A stretch of 64,000 bases of DNA from an uncultured delta proteobacterium. GTDB taxonomy: Bacteria > Desulfobacterota > Binatia > UBA9968. Below the pieces are notes generated by a model. That model was not told the DNA's origin, made no database searches, and saw only the letters and a program-made list of their open reading frames with translations. Of this stretch, positions 21,047 through 31,778 are shown piece by piece. The translations under genes were made by a program, and so were the position numbers. The stretch lies in contig CAVSHR010000011.1 in the NCBI GenBank assembly GCA_963727625.1, positions 32,001 through 96,000 of the forward strand. Reading direction: 5' to 3'. Every line of letters begins with the position of its first letter. The stretch's first letter is position 1.

Positions 21047-22042
21047 ATGAAGTTTCTTGATCGAGCTTCACTACTTTTCCTTTCCAGCCTGGGGATCTTC
21101 TGCACCGCTGCAACGGTGACGGCGCAGCAAAAAGTCAAATTTCCGGTGAGCGCGTCATCGAAGACGCTCGGCTATAGCCCGATGTGGGTGGCGAGCAGGC
21201 TCGGTTTTCTCGACCGCCAAGGGCTGGATGTTCAGCTGGTTTTGGTCAGCGGCGCCGACAAATCGACGATGGCGCTGGTCAGCGGCTCGGTCTACATCTC
21301 GAGCGGCGGCACCGACACCGTCATCGCGGCGGTGGAGCAGGGGGCGGATTTGGCTTCCATCGGCGGGATCATCAATGGCCTGACGCACTACATCATGGGA
21401 GGGAAGAAATTTCATTCCTTCGAGGATCTGCGCGGCGCGAATATAGGCTCGTCGGGTCTGACTTCGGGGACGGCTTTTGTCTTGCGGCGGGTGTTGCGGG
21501 CTAAGGGACTCGAGTATCCGCGCGATTACAGTTTAGTCAACGTGGGCGGCTCAGCGCAGTCGTTTCTAGCGCTTACCGCCGGCAAGATCGACGCGGCAAT
21601 CATCGCCGTGCCGCTCAATTACCAGGCGGCCGCCATGGGCCATCCGATCATCGCCAAGGTCGTCGATTTCATTCCCAACTACCAGCTCACGGAAGTGACG
21701 GTCAAGCGCTCGTGGGCCGAGAAAAACCGGACGCTCGTAGTTCGATTCATGAAGGGTCTAGTGTTGGCGATGCGCTGGATGTACGACAACAAGGAGCCGG
21801 CCATCGAGTTTTTATCCAAGGAGATGAAGCTCAAGCCGGAGCAGGCGCGGCGCGGCTGGGAATACTACACGGAAAACAAGATCTGGAACCCCAACGCCGA
21901 AACCAACGTCGAAGGCGTGCGAACGGTCATTCAGATTTCCGGCGAGCGCGGCGTGTTCAAGGGCGGGGCGTTGCCGCCGCCGTCAAAGTATCTGGACCAC
22001 AGCTATGTCGAGGAGGCGCTTAAAGATCTGGGCAGAAGATAA
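21047..22042 (+). CDS. ABC transporter substrate-binding protein (SsuA/NMT1/THI5-like)
   Basis: Signal peptide, WVA..GF..QGLDV, DLRGANIG, GKIDAA. Confidence 0.85.
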   Translation: MKFLDRASLLFLSSLGIFCTAATVTAQQKVKFPVSASSKTLGYSPMWVASRLGFLDRQGLDVQLVLVSGADKSTMALVSGSVYISSGGTDTVIAAVEQGADLASIGGIINGLTHYIMGGKKFHSFEDLRGANIGSSGLTSGTAFVLRRVLRAKGLEYPRDYSLVNVGGSAQSFLALTAGKIDAAIIAVPLNYQAAAMGHPIIAKVVDFIPNYQLTEVTVKRSWAEKNRTLVVRFMKGLVLAMRWMYDNKEPAIEFLSKEMKLKPEQARRGWEYYTENKIWNPNAETNVEGVRTVIQISGERGVFKGGALPPPSKYLDHSYVEEALKDLGRR

Positions 22043-22099
22043 ATAATTAAAAATGCAATATTAAGAATTGAAAATGGCGAAAGGGATTGGATTCGACAG

Positions 22100-22969
22100 A
22101 TGGATTTGCACCCACGGCAACGTAATTTTATTCACGATGGTTTGAAGCTCAGCTACTGGGAGTGGGGCGACCCGAAGGAGGAAACCTACGTCTTCGTCCA
22201 CGGCGTGCGCGATCAAGGCCGCAGCTGGGACCTTTTTCTCGAGGCTTTGATCAAGCGGGGCGTGCCGATCAAGCACGCGGTGGCACTCGATTTGCGCGGC
22301 CATGGCGACAGCGAATGGCCGAGCACGAGCCGCGGCTATCAGCACGAGGACTTTCTCACCGATTTGGCCGGCTTGCTCAAGCATCTCGAAAAGGAACCGC
22401 TGACGATCATCGGCCATTCGCTCGGCGGCAGTATGTGCCTGCTCTACGCCGCGGCGTTTCCCGAGAAGGTCAAGCGCCTGGTGTTGCTCGAATCCCTCGG
22501 CCCGTTCGCGCGCGCCGACGACGATGTGCCGAAAATCATCGCCGAACGTCTCAAGGGGCGCGATTACATCGAGATCCCGTTTCCCCATGAAACCCTGGAG
22601 TCCGCCGCCAAGTCCCTGCAGAAAACGTTTCCGCTGATCCCGGACAAGATAGCGTTGCACATGGCGCGCCATGGCACGAGCTTCAAGGGCGGGCGCTACC
22701 GCTGGAAGCATGATCCGATCCTGCGCTACCGCACGACCACGGCGATGTCCGAAGGACAGATCGAAGCCTTTATCCGTCGTTTGCAGTGCCCGATCCTGTT
22801 TGTCTACGGCACGGAGAGCGATTTCATAAAGTCGGTGCGCGGACGCCGCGCGCAGCTTTTTCCCAACGCGAAGATCGTTCCCGTCGAAGGAGCGGGCCAT
22901 CACATCCCCCATGAGAAGCCGGAGGAGCTGGCGGAGATTGTGGTGCCGTTTCTTTTGAACGGCGAATAA
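22100..22969 (+). CDS. Alpha/beta fold hydrolase
   Basis: HG oxyanion motif, DLRGHGDS, GHSLGG, GAGHHIPHEKP. Confidence 0.9.
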   Translation: MDLHPRQRNFIHDGLKLSYWEWGDPKEETYVFVHGVRDQGRSWDLFLEALIKRGVPIKHAVALDLRGHGDSEWPSTSRGYQHEDFLTDLAGLLKHLEKEPLTIIGHSLGGSMCLLYAAAFPEKVKRLVLLESLGPFARADDDVPKIIAERLKGRDYIEIPFPHETLESAAKSLQKTFPLIPDKIALHMARHGTSFKGGRYRWKHDPILRYRTTTAMSEGQIEAFIRRLQCPILFVYGTESDFIKSVRGRRAQLFPNAKIVPVEGAGHHIPHEKPEELAEIVVPFLLNGE

Positions 22970-23088
22970 CCGTTCCAGAGGTTTCAGGGGTTCCAGTTGT
23001 TCCAATCGTTAAAGAGAGAATCCCATTACGGTTAAGTTGGAACCTCTGAAACTATTGGAACGACTGGAACCAGCGATTATGGAGCGAA

Positions 23089-23547
23089 ATGATTATGTAT
23101 CTCTCCGCTGAACAGATCGCGGCGATGGAAAGCGTGCGCAGGATCCACAATCTCAATCCAGCGGCGATTCGAATGGACAAATCGCTTGGCGATGAAGCCG
23201 GGCTCAAGAACATCGGCATTCATCTGATTACGATTGCTCCCGGCGATAAGTCGACGGAGTTTCATTCTCACAAATATGAGGACGAAGCGATCTACGTCCT
23301 GTCAGGGCACGGTTCCGAAGCGATCGGAGATGAGACGCACAAAATCGGTCCGGGGGACTTCATCGGATTCCCCGCAGGCGGCCCGGCGCATGAAACGGTC
23401 AACGACGGCGCCGGGCCGTTGGTTTGTCTCGTCATCGGCCAGCGCCTCGCACAGGATGTCGTCGATTATCCGAATAAAGGCAAGCGGCTTTACCGTAACA
23501 GCGGCCAGCGCGATATGGTCGCCTACACGAACATTGAAAAGCGCTAG
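23089..23547 (+). CDS. Cupin domain protein
   Basis: H-S-H-x4-E motif 1 and GDFIGFPAGGPAH motif 2. Confidence 0.88.
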   Translation: MIMYLSAEQIAAMESVRRIHNLNPAAIRMDKSLGDEAGLKNIGIHLITIAPGDKSTEFHSHKYEDEAIYVLSGHGSEAIGDETHKIGPGDFIGFPAGGPAHETVNDGAGPLVCLVIGQRLAQDVVDYPNKGKRLYRNSGQRDMVAYTNIEKR

Positions 23548-23737
23548 CGCGTCCAGTCTTGGCGCGCTGACGACCTTTTGCAGTGGGTAGGGGCGGATTT
23601 CTATCCCTTCCTTGCAGTTTTTTCCGGCAACGACGATTTCCACGGGTGATTTTGCCCAAATGCACCGCCGGCCCGTTTGTATTCTGAAAAGTTGTTGCAT
23701 AAGTTGAGATCGATTTTGGAAACGTTGGGGGGAGACC

Positions 23738-24556
23738 ATGGCTGAATTGACAACCGTTTTACAAAAAATTGACGAAGATACCGGTGTCGCCTGGCTGACG
23801 TTCAACCGGCCGGAGAAGAAAAACGCCATGAGCCACAAATTCATGGCCGAGTTGATCGCGGCGCTGAAGGCCTTGGCGGACAATGAAAAGATCAAGTGCA
23901 TCGTCACGACCGGCTCGGGCGATTCCTATTCGTCGGGGCTCGATCTTTACGATCTGCGTGAGTCATGGAAGCGCAAGCGCGCCTGGGACCACGCCGGTAC
24001 CACCTACGAGATCGTCCGACTGCTGCGAAATATTCCTCAAGTTACGGTCGCGTCGGTGCGCGGCTGGTGCCTCGGCGGCGGTTTGGCTTTGATCAACGGC
24101 CATGACCTGTGCATCGCCGGGGAGTCGGCAAAGTTCGGCATGCCCGAAGTGATTCGCGGCAGTTACGGCGCGGTGGCGACGTCGACTTTGTTTCATAGCG
24201 GGATTCCAATCAAGAAGGCTTTTTACATTCAGCTCACCGGGAGAAATCTCACCGCCGCGCAGGCCGAGAGAATCGGATTGGTCTCCGAGGTCGTGCCTGA
24301 CGACCAACTGACGGCGTCCGTCGAGCAACTCGCCCAGGAGTTGGGCAGCCGCAACGGGGTAACCCTGGAGAGCGCCAAGATCGCCGCGTATATGCAAAAG
24401 GATATGGATTTCGCAACGGCGCTCAGAACCGATGACCTGGTTTCGCACCGCATGCGTTACTACACCAATCCGCTGAACGACGTGGAGGGCTATCTCCACT
24501 CGCAGAAGGGCGGCGGCACCACCGGCTACGTGAAGCCGGAGGATCGGAAGAAATAA
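23738..24556 (+). CDS. Crotonase family protein (hydroxycinnamoyl-CoA hydratase-lyase-like)
   Basis: FNRPEKKNAMS, GWCLGGG, FGMPE; similar to 29527 and 53451. Confidence 0.82.
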   Translation: MAELTTVLQKIDEDTGVAWLTFNRPEKKNAMSHKFMAELIAALKALADNEKIKCIVTTGSGDSYSSGLDLYDLRESWKRKRAWDHAGTTYEIVRLLRNIPQVTVASVRGWCLGGGLALINGHDLCIAGESAKFGMPEVIRGSYGAVATSTLFHSGIPIKKAFYIQLTGRNLTAAQAERIGLVSEVVPDDQLTASVEQLAQELGSRNGVTLESAKIAAYMQKDMDFATALRTDDLVSHRMRYYTNPLNDVEGYLHSQKGGGTTGYVKPEDRKK

Positions 24557-24641
24557 ATTCGTTCAAAGGTTCAATGTTTCCCCTGAAAATTTTCGAGTTC
24601 GATAATGGATTGTTCCTACTTTGAGTAGCGGAGGAGATGCG

Positions 24642-25772
24642 ATGTCTTTGCACACGCCGTTGTGTGATTTGCTGAATATTAAATATCCTATTATCCAGGC
24701 CGGCATGGGCTGGGATAAAGAAGGCCTGACGACACCGCCGGCGTTGGTCGCCGCAGTGTCGAATGCCGGTGGCCTGGGCTGTATCGGCGGCAGCTCGATA
24801 CGGCCTGAAGTTATCCGCGAACGGATCCGTGCGGTTCGGCAACTGACGGACAAGCCCTTCGGCGTCGATATCACATTGCCAAAAATGGAAGACGTGAAAA
24901 TTGCCGACCCTGACGAAGTGCACAAAGAGATCGAAGAAAAGTTTCCTAAACACGCCAGGTTCAACGAAGAGCTGATTCCTAGACTTGGCTTGACGCCGCA
25001 GCCGCCGGATCGCAAGAGCTGGGTGAAGACACCGAAGGCGACGCGCGAGCAGCTAAAAGTTATTCTCGAAGAAAACGTGCCGATCCTGATCATCGGCCTG
25101 GGCGACACCGCCGAAGTCGTGCCCTTGGCGCACGAGCGCGGCATCAAAGTCATGGCGCTCGCCGGTGCGGTCAAGCATGCACTCAGTCACGCGCGCAAGG
25201 GTGCCGACGTGATTATTGCTCAGGGGTATGAAGCCGGCGGCCACACCGGAACCATCGGCAACTTTCCCTTGATCCCGCAGATCGTCGACGCTGTGCGGCC
25301 GAAGCCGGTGGTCGCCGCCGGCGGGATCAGCGACGGTCGCGGCGTGGCGGCGGCATTGGCCTTGGGCGCGGTGGGTGTCTGGTGCGGTACGACGTTCCTG
25401 GTGACCCGAGAGGGGGGCATCAATCCGATTTACAAAAAGCAGATTCTCAAGGGAAGCTCCGAAGACTTTGTCCGCACGGCCTACACCAGCGGCCACTTTG
25501 CGCGCCACTATCGCAGCGACGTTATCAAGGCCTGGATGGGCTCGGGGCTCGACGCCATGCCGACGCCGTACCAGGGCAACGCGATGGACGAAGTACGGCG
25601 CGCGGCGGAAGCGGCGGATCGTGTCGATCTCTTGCATGTTCCCGGCGGTCAGGTTGCCGGAATGTTGAGCGAGGAGCGCAATGATGTTCCGGCGAAGGAG
25701 ATTGTCGAGCGCATGGTTTCAGAGGCATCGCAAATATTAAATGATATGCGCAGTCGATACGTGGGAGCCTAA
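24642..25772 (+). CDS. Nitronate monooxygenase/FabK-like flavoprotein
   Basis: YPIIQAGM, AVSNAGGLG, QGYEAGGH, AAGGISDGRG. Confidence 0.9.
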   Translation: MSLHTPLCDLLNIKYPIIQAGMGWDKEGLTTPPALVAAVSNAGGLGCIGGSSIRPEVIRERIRAVRQLTDKPFGVDITLPKMEDVKIADPDEVHKEIEEKFPKHARFNEELIPRLGLTPQPPDRKSWVKTPKATREQLKVILEENVPILIIGLGDTAEVVPLAHERGIKVMALAGAVKHALSHARKGADVIIAQGYEAGGHTGTIGNFPLIPQIVDAVRPKPVVAAGGISDGRGVAAALALGAVGVWCGTTFLVTREGGINPIYKKQILKGSSEDFVRTAYTSGHFARHYRSDVIKAWMGSGLDAMPTPYQGNAMDEVRRAAEAADRVDLLHVPGGQVAGMLSEERNDVPAKEIVERMVSEASQILNDMRSRYVGA

Positions 25773-25779
25773 GGCAAAA

Positions 25780-25916
25780 AAATCCGAAATTCGAATATCG
25801 AAATCCGAAACGCAGCGGAAATCAAAATAGCCGCGGGCAAATCGCAAAGCGGTTTCGTTTCTAAATTTGGAAATTTGAAGTTGTTTCAAATTTCGGATTT
25901 CGTGCTTCGGATTTTG
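25780..25916. repeat. Inverted heptamer tandem arrays (AAATCCG-type ... CGGATTT-type)
   Basis: AAATCCG AAATTCG AATATCG AAATCCG on the left; TTTCGGA TTTCGTG CTTCGGA TTTT on the right. Confidence 0.7.
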
Positions 25917-25959
25917 TTGGATTCAACTTTAGATAAGGAAAGCAGGATTCAAGATAACT

Positions 25960-28332
25960 ATGGGTGCCGCATTTCTCAAAGGCTATCGAGCGTTGGATTT
26001 AACCGGGTTGAACGGCCAGCTATGCGGCCGGGTGCTCGCCGACTTGGGCATGGAGGTGATCAAGATCGAGCCGCCGGGAGGCGACCCGGTGCGCCATCTT
26101 CCTCCTTTTATAAATTCGGCCGACGGCAATCGATTGAGCACGACCTTTGCTCACCTGAACGCCGGCAAGGCGAGCAAGGTGCTCGATCTCGACAGCGAGG
26201 CGGGGCGCGCCGAGTTGCGCAAGCTGGTCGAGAGCGCGGACGTAGTCCTGGAAAGTTTTCAGCCCGGCGAACTGGAGTCCAAAGGACTCGGATACAAAGA
26301 TCTTGCCGCCATCAATCCCGCCATCGTCATGGGTTCGATCACCTGTTTCGGCCAGACCGGTCCGAAGAAAAACCTCGCCTACAACGATCTCGTCGCCCTC
26401 GCCCAGAGCGGTTTTCTTTATATCGCGGGCGATCCGTCGATGGCGCCGGTGCGGCCGCCGGAAACTCAGGCCTATTATTTCGCGAGTCTGTTCGGTGCCG
26501 CCGGCGTGCTGGCGGCGCTTTACCGGCGCGAGCGCACGGGGCAGGGCGATCACGTCGATGCGTCGATGCAGGAAACGCTGGCGACCCAGGAACATATCAT
26601 CCGGCTTTGGGCCAATGAAAAAGTTATCGCGAAACGGGCCGGCAGCCAGCATGGCTCGGTGGCGCCGGCGAAAATTTTTCCTTGCCGAGACGGCTTCGTC
26701 TATCTTTATGTGACCCGGCAGCACTGGAAGCTGTTTCTAAGTGTATGGAAAAATCATCCGGCGGTGTTCGATGCGCCCGATTGGCTGAACAACCTCTATC
26801 GCCGCGCCCACGCCGACGAGCTCAATCCGGCCATCGAGAAATACTTGAGCGCGTATACCATGGCCGAGATCACCGAGCTGTTGCAGGAGAAAGGCATTCC
26901 CTGCGTGCCGGTGAACACGCCCCTGGGCTTTGCCAACGACGAGCATGTGCGCGAGCGCGGTTTTATCGCGCCGGTGGAGCACGCCGGATTCGGCAAGACG
27001 AAACAGCCGGCGATGCCGTTCGTGATCGATGGCGAGCGGCTTCCTGTCGCAAGCGTGCCGGTGCTCGATAGTTGGAAAGATAGCGGTGTTCGGAAAAGCC
27101 CAAGCCAACCATCGAACACCGCGGGCAGCGCGGGCAACGGTCCGCTCGACGGCATGCGCATCGTCAGCTTCGATCACGTGCTCGCCGGGCCGTACGGCAC
27201 GACGATTTTGGCCGAGTTGGGCGCCGACGTGATCAAAATCGAGTCGAGCAAGGGCGGCATGGATCCGTTTCGTTTCTTCGGCACCGGCGAAGATCCCAAC
27301 GTGTCGCCGCGCTTCTTGGAGTTCAACCGCAATAAGAGATCCTTCACGGTTAATCTCAAGCATCCCAAGGGACAGGGCGTCCTGCACGATTTGGTCGCAA
27401 AGGCCGACGCCGTGCTGGATAACTACAGCGTCGACGTGGTCGAGCGCATCGGTTTGGGTTATCAGCAGCTGTGCAAGGTGAAGCCCGACATCGTCAACCT
27501 GCGCATGCCGGGTCTCGGCACCACCGGGCCCAAGCGCTACTACTCGACGGTCGGCGTGAACATCACGGCGTTCACCGGCCTCACCTATTTATGGAATCAT
27601 CCCGGCGTCACCAATCCGCCCGTCGGCGCCCAGACGGTGTTTCCAGACTATGTCTCCGGTGTGCTGTGCGCGATCATCATCATCTCGGGCGTGCTCCAGC
27701 GCGACCGTGAAAAGATGGGCGTGTTCATCGACATGGCGCAGTCGGAGGCGACGGCGTTTATGATCGGAGCGAGCCTGATGGAGGCGGTGACGAGCGGTAT
27801 CGATCCCCAGCCCGTCGGCAATACTTCTCCTTCGATCGCGCCGCATGACTGCTATCCGTGCAAGGGCGAGGATCGCTGGTGCGTGATCGCGGTCGAGGAT
27901 GAAAAACAATGGAGCGCGCTGGCGAAAATTCTCGGCGTCGAAGGCGACGCGCGCTTCAAGACGATGGCCGATCGCTTGCGTCATCGCGACGCGCTGAACG
28001 CGATCGTTTCGGACTGGACGGCGAATCAGGATGCTTTCGCGGTGATGGACCGCTTGCAGCAGGTGGGCGTGCCGAGCGGCGTGGTGCAAACCGGCGAGGA
28101 CTTGGTCAACGATCCCCAGCTCCAGCAGCGCGGCTTCATCGTCGCCGTCGATAATGCGCGCCTGGGGCGCGTGGTTCTGCCGAATTTTCCGCTGCAATTC
28201 ACGAAGGCCAAACTAACACGGCGCTGGGAATTCCCCGTGCTCGGCCGAGACACCGAGGCAGTGCTGCGCGACGTGGTGGGTTACGACGAAGCGACCATCG
28301 CGGCACACAAACAAGACGGAGTCTTGGAATAG
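25960..28332 (+). CDS. Family III (CaiB/BaiF) CoA-transferase, two-domain fusion
   Basis: Two repeats of the LxGxRxxD...LA(D/E)LG-x-(E/D)VIKIE...N-x-x-K-x-S core; conserved Asp only in the C-terminal domain (VFPDYVSG). Confidence 0.92.
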   Translation: MGAAFLKGYRALDLTGLNGQLCGRVLADLGMEVIKIEPPGGDPVRHLPPFINSADGNRLSTTFAHLNAGKASKVLDLDSEAGRAELRKLVESADVVLESFQPGELESKGLGYKDLAAINPAIVMGSITCFGQTGPKKNLAYNDLVALAQSGFLYIAGDPSMAPVRPPETQAYYFASLFGAAGVLAALYRRERTGQGDHVDASMQETLATQEHIIRLWANEKVIAKRAGSQHGSVAPAKIFPCRDGFVYLYVTRQHWKLFLSVWKNHPAVFDAPDWLNNLYRRAHADELNPAIEKYLSAYTMAEITELLQEKGIPCVPVNTPLGFANDEHVRERGFIAPVEHAGFGKTKQPAMPFVIDGERLPVASVPVLDSWKDSGVRKSPSQPSNTAGSAGNGPLDGMRIVSFDHVLAGPYGTTILAELGADVIKIESSKGGMDPFRFFGTGEDPNVSPRFLEFNRNKRSFTVNLKHPKGQGVLHDLVAKADAVLDNYSVDVVERIGLGYQQLCKVKPDIVNLRMPGLGTTGPKRYYSTVGVNITAFTGLTYLWNHPGVTNPPVGAQTVFPDYVSGVLCAIIIISGVLQRDREKMGVFIDMAQSEATAFMIGASLMEAVTSGIDPQPVGNTSPSIAPHDCYPCKGEDRWCVIAVEDEKQWSALAKILGVEGDARFKTMADRLRHRDALNAIVSDWTANQDAFAVMDRLQQVGVPSGVVQTGEDLVNDPQLQQRGFIVAVDNARLGRVVLPNFPLQFTKAKLTRRWEFPVLGRDTEAVLRDVVGYDEATIAAHKQDGVLE

Positions 28333-28424
28333 ACGAAAGTACCGAGGACTGAGTGCCGGAGGACTGAGCATTAAGAAAACTCAGCCCTCAGCCCTCAGGA
28401 CTCAATTAATAAAGAGGAGTAAAG

Positions 28425-29459
28425 ATGGGACGTATCGTACTGATTCTGGGATTTTTGATTGCCTTCGCCGGAAATGTTGAGGCGCAGAGCAAGACGGTTG
28501 CCGAGCTGGCCAAGTACCGCGGCGCGGACCGCGAGGAGATGCTCAAGGCCGGCGCGAAAAAGGAAGGCAAGATGGTTTGGTACACGAGCCTTACCGCGCA
28601 TCGCGATATCGCCAATGTTTTCCAAGCCAGGTATCCAGGCGTTAAGGTCGAGACCTACCGCGCCAGCAGCTCGGATCTAACTCGGCGGATCATGTCGGAA
28701 GCGCAGGCGCGGCGTAATCTCGTCGATCTGGTCGAAACAACGCCGGCGACTTTGATGTTCATGCGCGACAATCAGTTGTTGATGCCCTATCTCTCGCCGC
28801 ACCTCGGTTCCTACCCGGACGATTCGAAAGAAGAGGCGGACAAAGGCCGGGTCTACTGGACCACCGATCGCGAGTCGGTCATCGGTCTCGGCTATAACAA
28901 GAATTTGGTTCGCGCCGCCGACGTGCCGAAAAGCTTTGCCGATTTGGTGAAGCCGGAGAACGCCGGCAAGATCGGCGTCAGTGGCGACTCCACCGGTGTG
29001 CGTTTTATCGGCGCGGTGCTCAAGGCCAAGGGCGAGGAGTTCGCCAAACGAATGGCCGGATTGCATCTCAAGATGCATCTCATCTCCGGCGGGGCGATTC
29101 ACGAACTCCTGGCGGCCGGAGAGATGGCGATGTCGATCTCGATCTTTCGCAACCACGTGCTTCTGGGGCAGGCCAAAGGTGCGCCGACCATGTGGGTGCC
29201 TTTGGAATTGAATCCCACCAACGCTGGCGGCGTGGCGCTGCCCGCCGCCAGCAACCATCCCTACGCGGCGCTGCTGCTCGCGGACTTCCTGCTCAGTCCC
29301 GAGGGACAGAAGATCATGGAAGAAAAATTCCGCTTCGCGACGCCGACCAAGGATTACGGTTTCAAACGCTGGTACCCGGAGAAGGGCATGACCCTGGACC
29401 AGTATGAAAAAGCCGAGGGGCGCTGGAAGAAGCTGCTGCGCGACATCGTCTTGAAGTGA
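28425..29459 (+). CDS. Extracellular solute-binding protein (Fe3+/thiamine/polyamine-type)
   Basis: Signal peptide, GAKKEGKMVWYTS, YNKNLV...PKSFADL, HPYAALLLADFLLSPEGQ. Confidence 0.85.
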   Translation: MGRIVLILGFLIAFAGNVEAQSKTVAELAKYRGADREEMLKAGAKKEGKMVWYTSLTAHRDIANVFQARYPGVKVETYRASSSDLTRRIMSEAQARRNLVDLVETTPATLMFMRDNQLLMPYLSPHLGSYPDDSKEEADKGRVYWTTDRESVIGLGYNKNLVRAADVPKSFADLVKPENAGKIGVSGDSTGVRFIGAVLKAKGEEFAKRMAGLHLKMHLISGGAIHELLAAGEMAMSISIFRNHVLLGQAKGAPTMWVPLELNPTNAGGVALPAASNHPYAALLLADFLLSPEGQKIMEEKFRFATPTKDYGFKRWYPEKGMTLDQYEKAEGRWKKLLRDIVLK

Positions 29460-29526
29460 AAATCCCAAATGAATCGAGAGAACGACGCAGGACAACCTTT
29501 TAGGAAAAAAAGAAGGAGGAACGAAG

Positions 29527-30345
29527 ATGGCAAATTATCAGACGCTGCTGGTGGACAAAAACGACGGGGTGACGACGATTACATTCAACCGGCCGGAAAA
29601 GCGCAACGCTATGAGCCCGCAGTTGCACCGCGATATGTACGACTGCTTGACGGATCTGCGCTACGACAAAGAAACCCGCGTGATCGTCATCACCGGCGCC
29701 GGCGAGAGCTTTTGCGCCGGGCAGGACTTGAAGCAGTATTTCATCGAGATGGATTCCCAGCCCGACCGCGTGCGCGACGAAGTGCGCGAGAAGTCGCGCC
29801 AGTGGCGCAACGAGATTCTGCGCAAGATGCCGCAGCCGGTAATCGCCAAGATCAACGGCTGGGTGTTCGGCGGCGGCTTCACGGTCGTGACCGGCTGCGA
29901 TATCGCCATCGCCGCCGACGACGTGCAACTCGGCCTCTCGGAGGTCAACTTCGGCCACTTTCCCGGCGGCGAAGTGACCATCGTCCTTTCCGAGAACCTC
30001 CAGCCCAAGCATGCCCTCTACTATGCGCTCACCGGCAAAACCATGACGGCCAAGGAAGCCGAGCGCATCGGTTTGATCACCAGAGCGGTGCCGCGCGCCG
30101 ATTTGGAAAAAGAAGTCATGGACCTGGCCAACAACTTGAAAGAGAAGGCGCCGTCGGCGCTCAACGCGGTGAAAGAGGCCTGGTATTATACCTTCTACTC
30201 GAATCCCGACGTGGCCTACGAGCTCTCTGGCCTGATCTCCGACAAAGCCAAGCTGGCGATCGGCGGCCGGCCCGGCTTACAGCAGTTCGCGCGCAAGGAA
30301 TACCGGCCGGGGTTGGGGTCTTACAAAGTCGAAGAAAAAAAGTAG
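29527..30345 (+). CDS. Hydroxycinnamoyl-CoA hydratase-lyase-like crotonase
   Basis: RPEKRNAMSP, AGQDLKQYF, NGWVFGGGF, GLSEVNFG, C-terminal RPGLGSY. Confidence 0.85.
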   Translation: MANYQTLLVDKNDGVTTITFNRPEKRNAMSPQLHRDMYDCLTDLRYDKETRVIVITGAGESFCAGQDLKQYFIEMDSQPDRVRDEVREKSRQWRNEILRKMPQPVIAKINGWVFGGGFTVVTGCDIAIAADDVQLGLSEVNFGHFPGGEVTIVLSENLQPKHALYYALTGKTMTAKEAERIGLITRAVPRADLEKEVMDLANNLKEKAPSALNAVKEAWYYTFYSNPDVAYELSGLISDKAKLAIGGRPGLQQFARKEYRPGLGSYKVEEKK

Positions 30346-30518
30346 ACGTTCCAGTAGTTCCAATCGTTCAAGTCGTTCCAGCCCTCTCTTTTCATCCTCC
30401 CCCGCGTCGTGGGGGAGGATAGGGGATGAGGAGATGCGCTTGAATTACCTCATAGGCGTTGAACCTTGAACCGAGCGAAGCGATTGAACGTTCGAAGATA
30501 TACTTCGGAGGATAGGGA

Positions 30519-31673
30519 ATGGATTTCAATCTGCCTGAAGAATTTCAGATGCTCAAAGACACGGTACGCAAGTTCGTCGACAAGGAGCTGATCCCGATCG
30601 AGATGCACTCGATCGAGAACATGGAGCTCAAGCCGGACATTCGCGAGCGCTTGGAAAAAAAGACCAAAGAAATGGGCTTGTGGATGTTCGACGTTCCCGA
30701 AGAATACGGCGGCGGTGGGCTCGGCAGCTTGGCGCAGGTGCTGGTGTGGGAAGAGCTGGCGCGCACCATCGCACTCCCTTCGCGCGGTCAGGGCATCTTC
30801 GGGCCGGAAATCAGGCCAATCCTCTATGCGTTAAACGACGAACAGAAAAAACGTTTTCTCGATCCGATCCGTAACGGCGAGAAAAAGCTCTGCTTCATGC
30901 AGACCGAGCCCGACGCCGGCTCCGATCCGGCGTCGATGAAAACCCGAGCCGTTCGCCAGGGCGACTATTACATCGTCAACGGCACCAAGCGTTTCATCAC
31001 CGGCGCCGGCGATGCCGACTTCGGCCAGTTGATGGCGGTGACCGATCCGGCGAAGGGCGCGCACGGCGGCATTTCCTGCTTCATGGTCGACATGAAAACG
31101 CCGGGCCTGACGCTGGTGACCAAATACAAGACCATGATGGGCGAGGAGCCCTGGCACATCACCTTCGACGACATGAAGGTGCCGGTTGAGAATTTGGTCG
31201 GTAAAGAGGGAGAAGGCTTCAAGTTAGCTCAGAAATGGCTGGGAATCGGCCGCTTGAAACACGGCGCGCGTGCGCTTGGTGTCGCCGAGCGCTGCATCGA
31301 GATGGGCGCGCGTTATTCCAAAGAAAGAGTCACCTTCGGCAAGCCGTTATCCGAGCGGCAGGGGATCACTTTCAAGCTCGCAGATTCCTACGTCGAGCTG
31401 CACGCCGCGCGTTTGATGGTCTATCAAGCGGCGTGGAAGAACGATCAAAAGATGGATATCCGCAACGAAGCGTACATGGCGAAGCTCTTCGCCGACGAGA
31501 TGTCGTTCCGCGTCGTCGACCGCGTGCTGCAGATCCACGGCGGCATCGGTCTGACGCTCGATTTGCCCTTGGCGAAATGGTTCGTCGACCAGCGCAGCCG
31601 CATGATTACCGAAGGCGCCTCCGAAGTCATGCGCATGGTGATCGCAAGGGAAGTGCTGAAGAAATACAATTAG
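30519..31673 (+). CDS. Acyl-CoA dehydrogenase
   Basis: QTEPDAGSD, NGTKRFIT, QIHGGIG, ITEGASE. Confidence 0.93.
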   Translation: MDFNLPEEFQMLKDTVRKFVDKELIPIEMHSIENMELKPDIRERLEKKTKEMGLWMFDVPEEYGGGGLGSLAQVLVWEELARTIALPSRGQGIFGPEIRPILYALNDEQKKRFLDPIRNGEKKLCFMQTEPDAGSDPASMKTRAVRQGDYYIVNGTKRFITGAGDADFGQLMAVTDPAKGAHGGISCFMVDMKTPGLTLVTKYKTMMGEEPWHITFDDMKVPVENLVGKEGEGFKLAQKWLGIGRLKHGARALGVAERCIEMGARYSKERVTFGKPLSERQGITFKLADSYVELHAARLMVYQAAWKNDQKMDIRNEAYMAKLFADEMSFRVVDRVLQIHGGIGLTLDLPLAKWFVDQRSRMITEGASEVMRMVIAREVLKKYN

Positions 31674-31675
31674 GA

Positions 31676-31765
31676 GTTCAAAGCGTTCAAACCGTTCAAG
31701 TAGTTCAAGACGTCCGAACCTCCGAAAACGGTTTGAACGATTTGAACGGCTTGAACTACTTGAAC
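31676..31765. repeat. Inverted nonamer tandem arrays (GTTCAANNN ... NNNTTGAAC)
   Basis: GTTCAAAGC GTTCAAACC GTTCAAGTA GTTCAAGAC ... TTGAACGAT TTGAACGGC TTGAACTAC TTGAAC between convergent genes. Confidence 0.75.
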
Positions 31766-31778
31766 GCGTTCGCGGCGT

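Noticed and set aside
31676-31765. GTTCAA-containing tandem repeats as a CRISPR array
   Set aside because: Units are only 9 bp, have no unique spacers, are arranged as inverted arms, and no cas genes are present.
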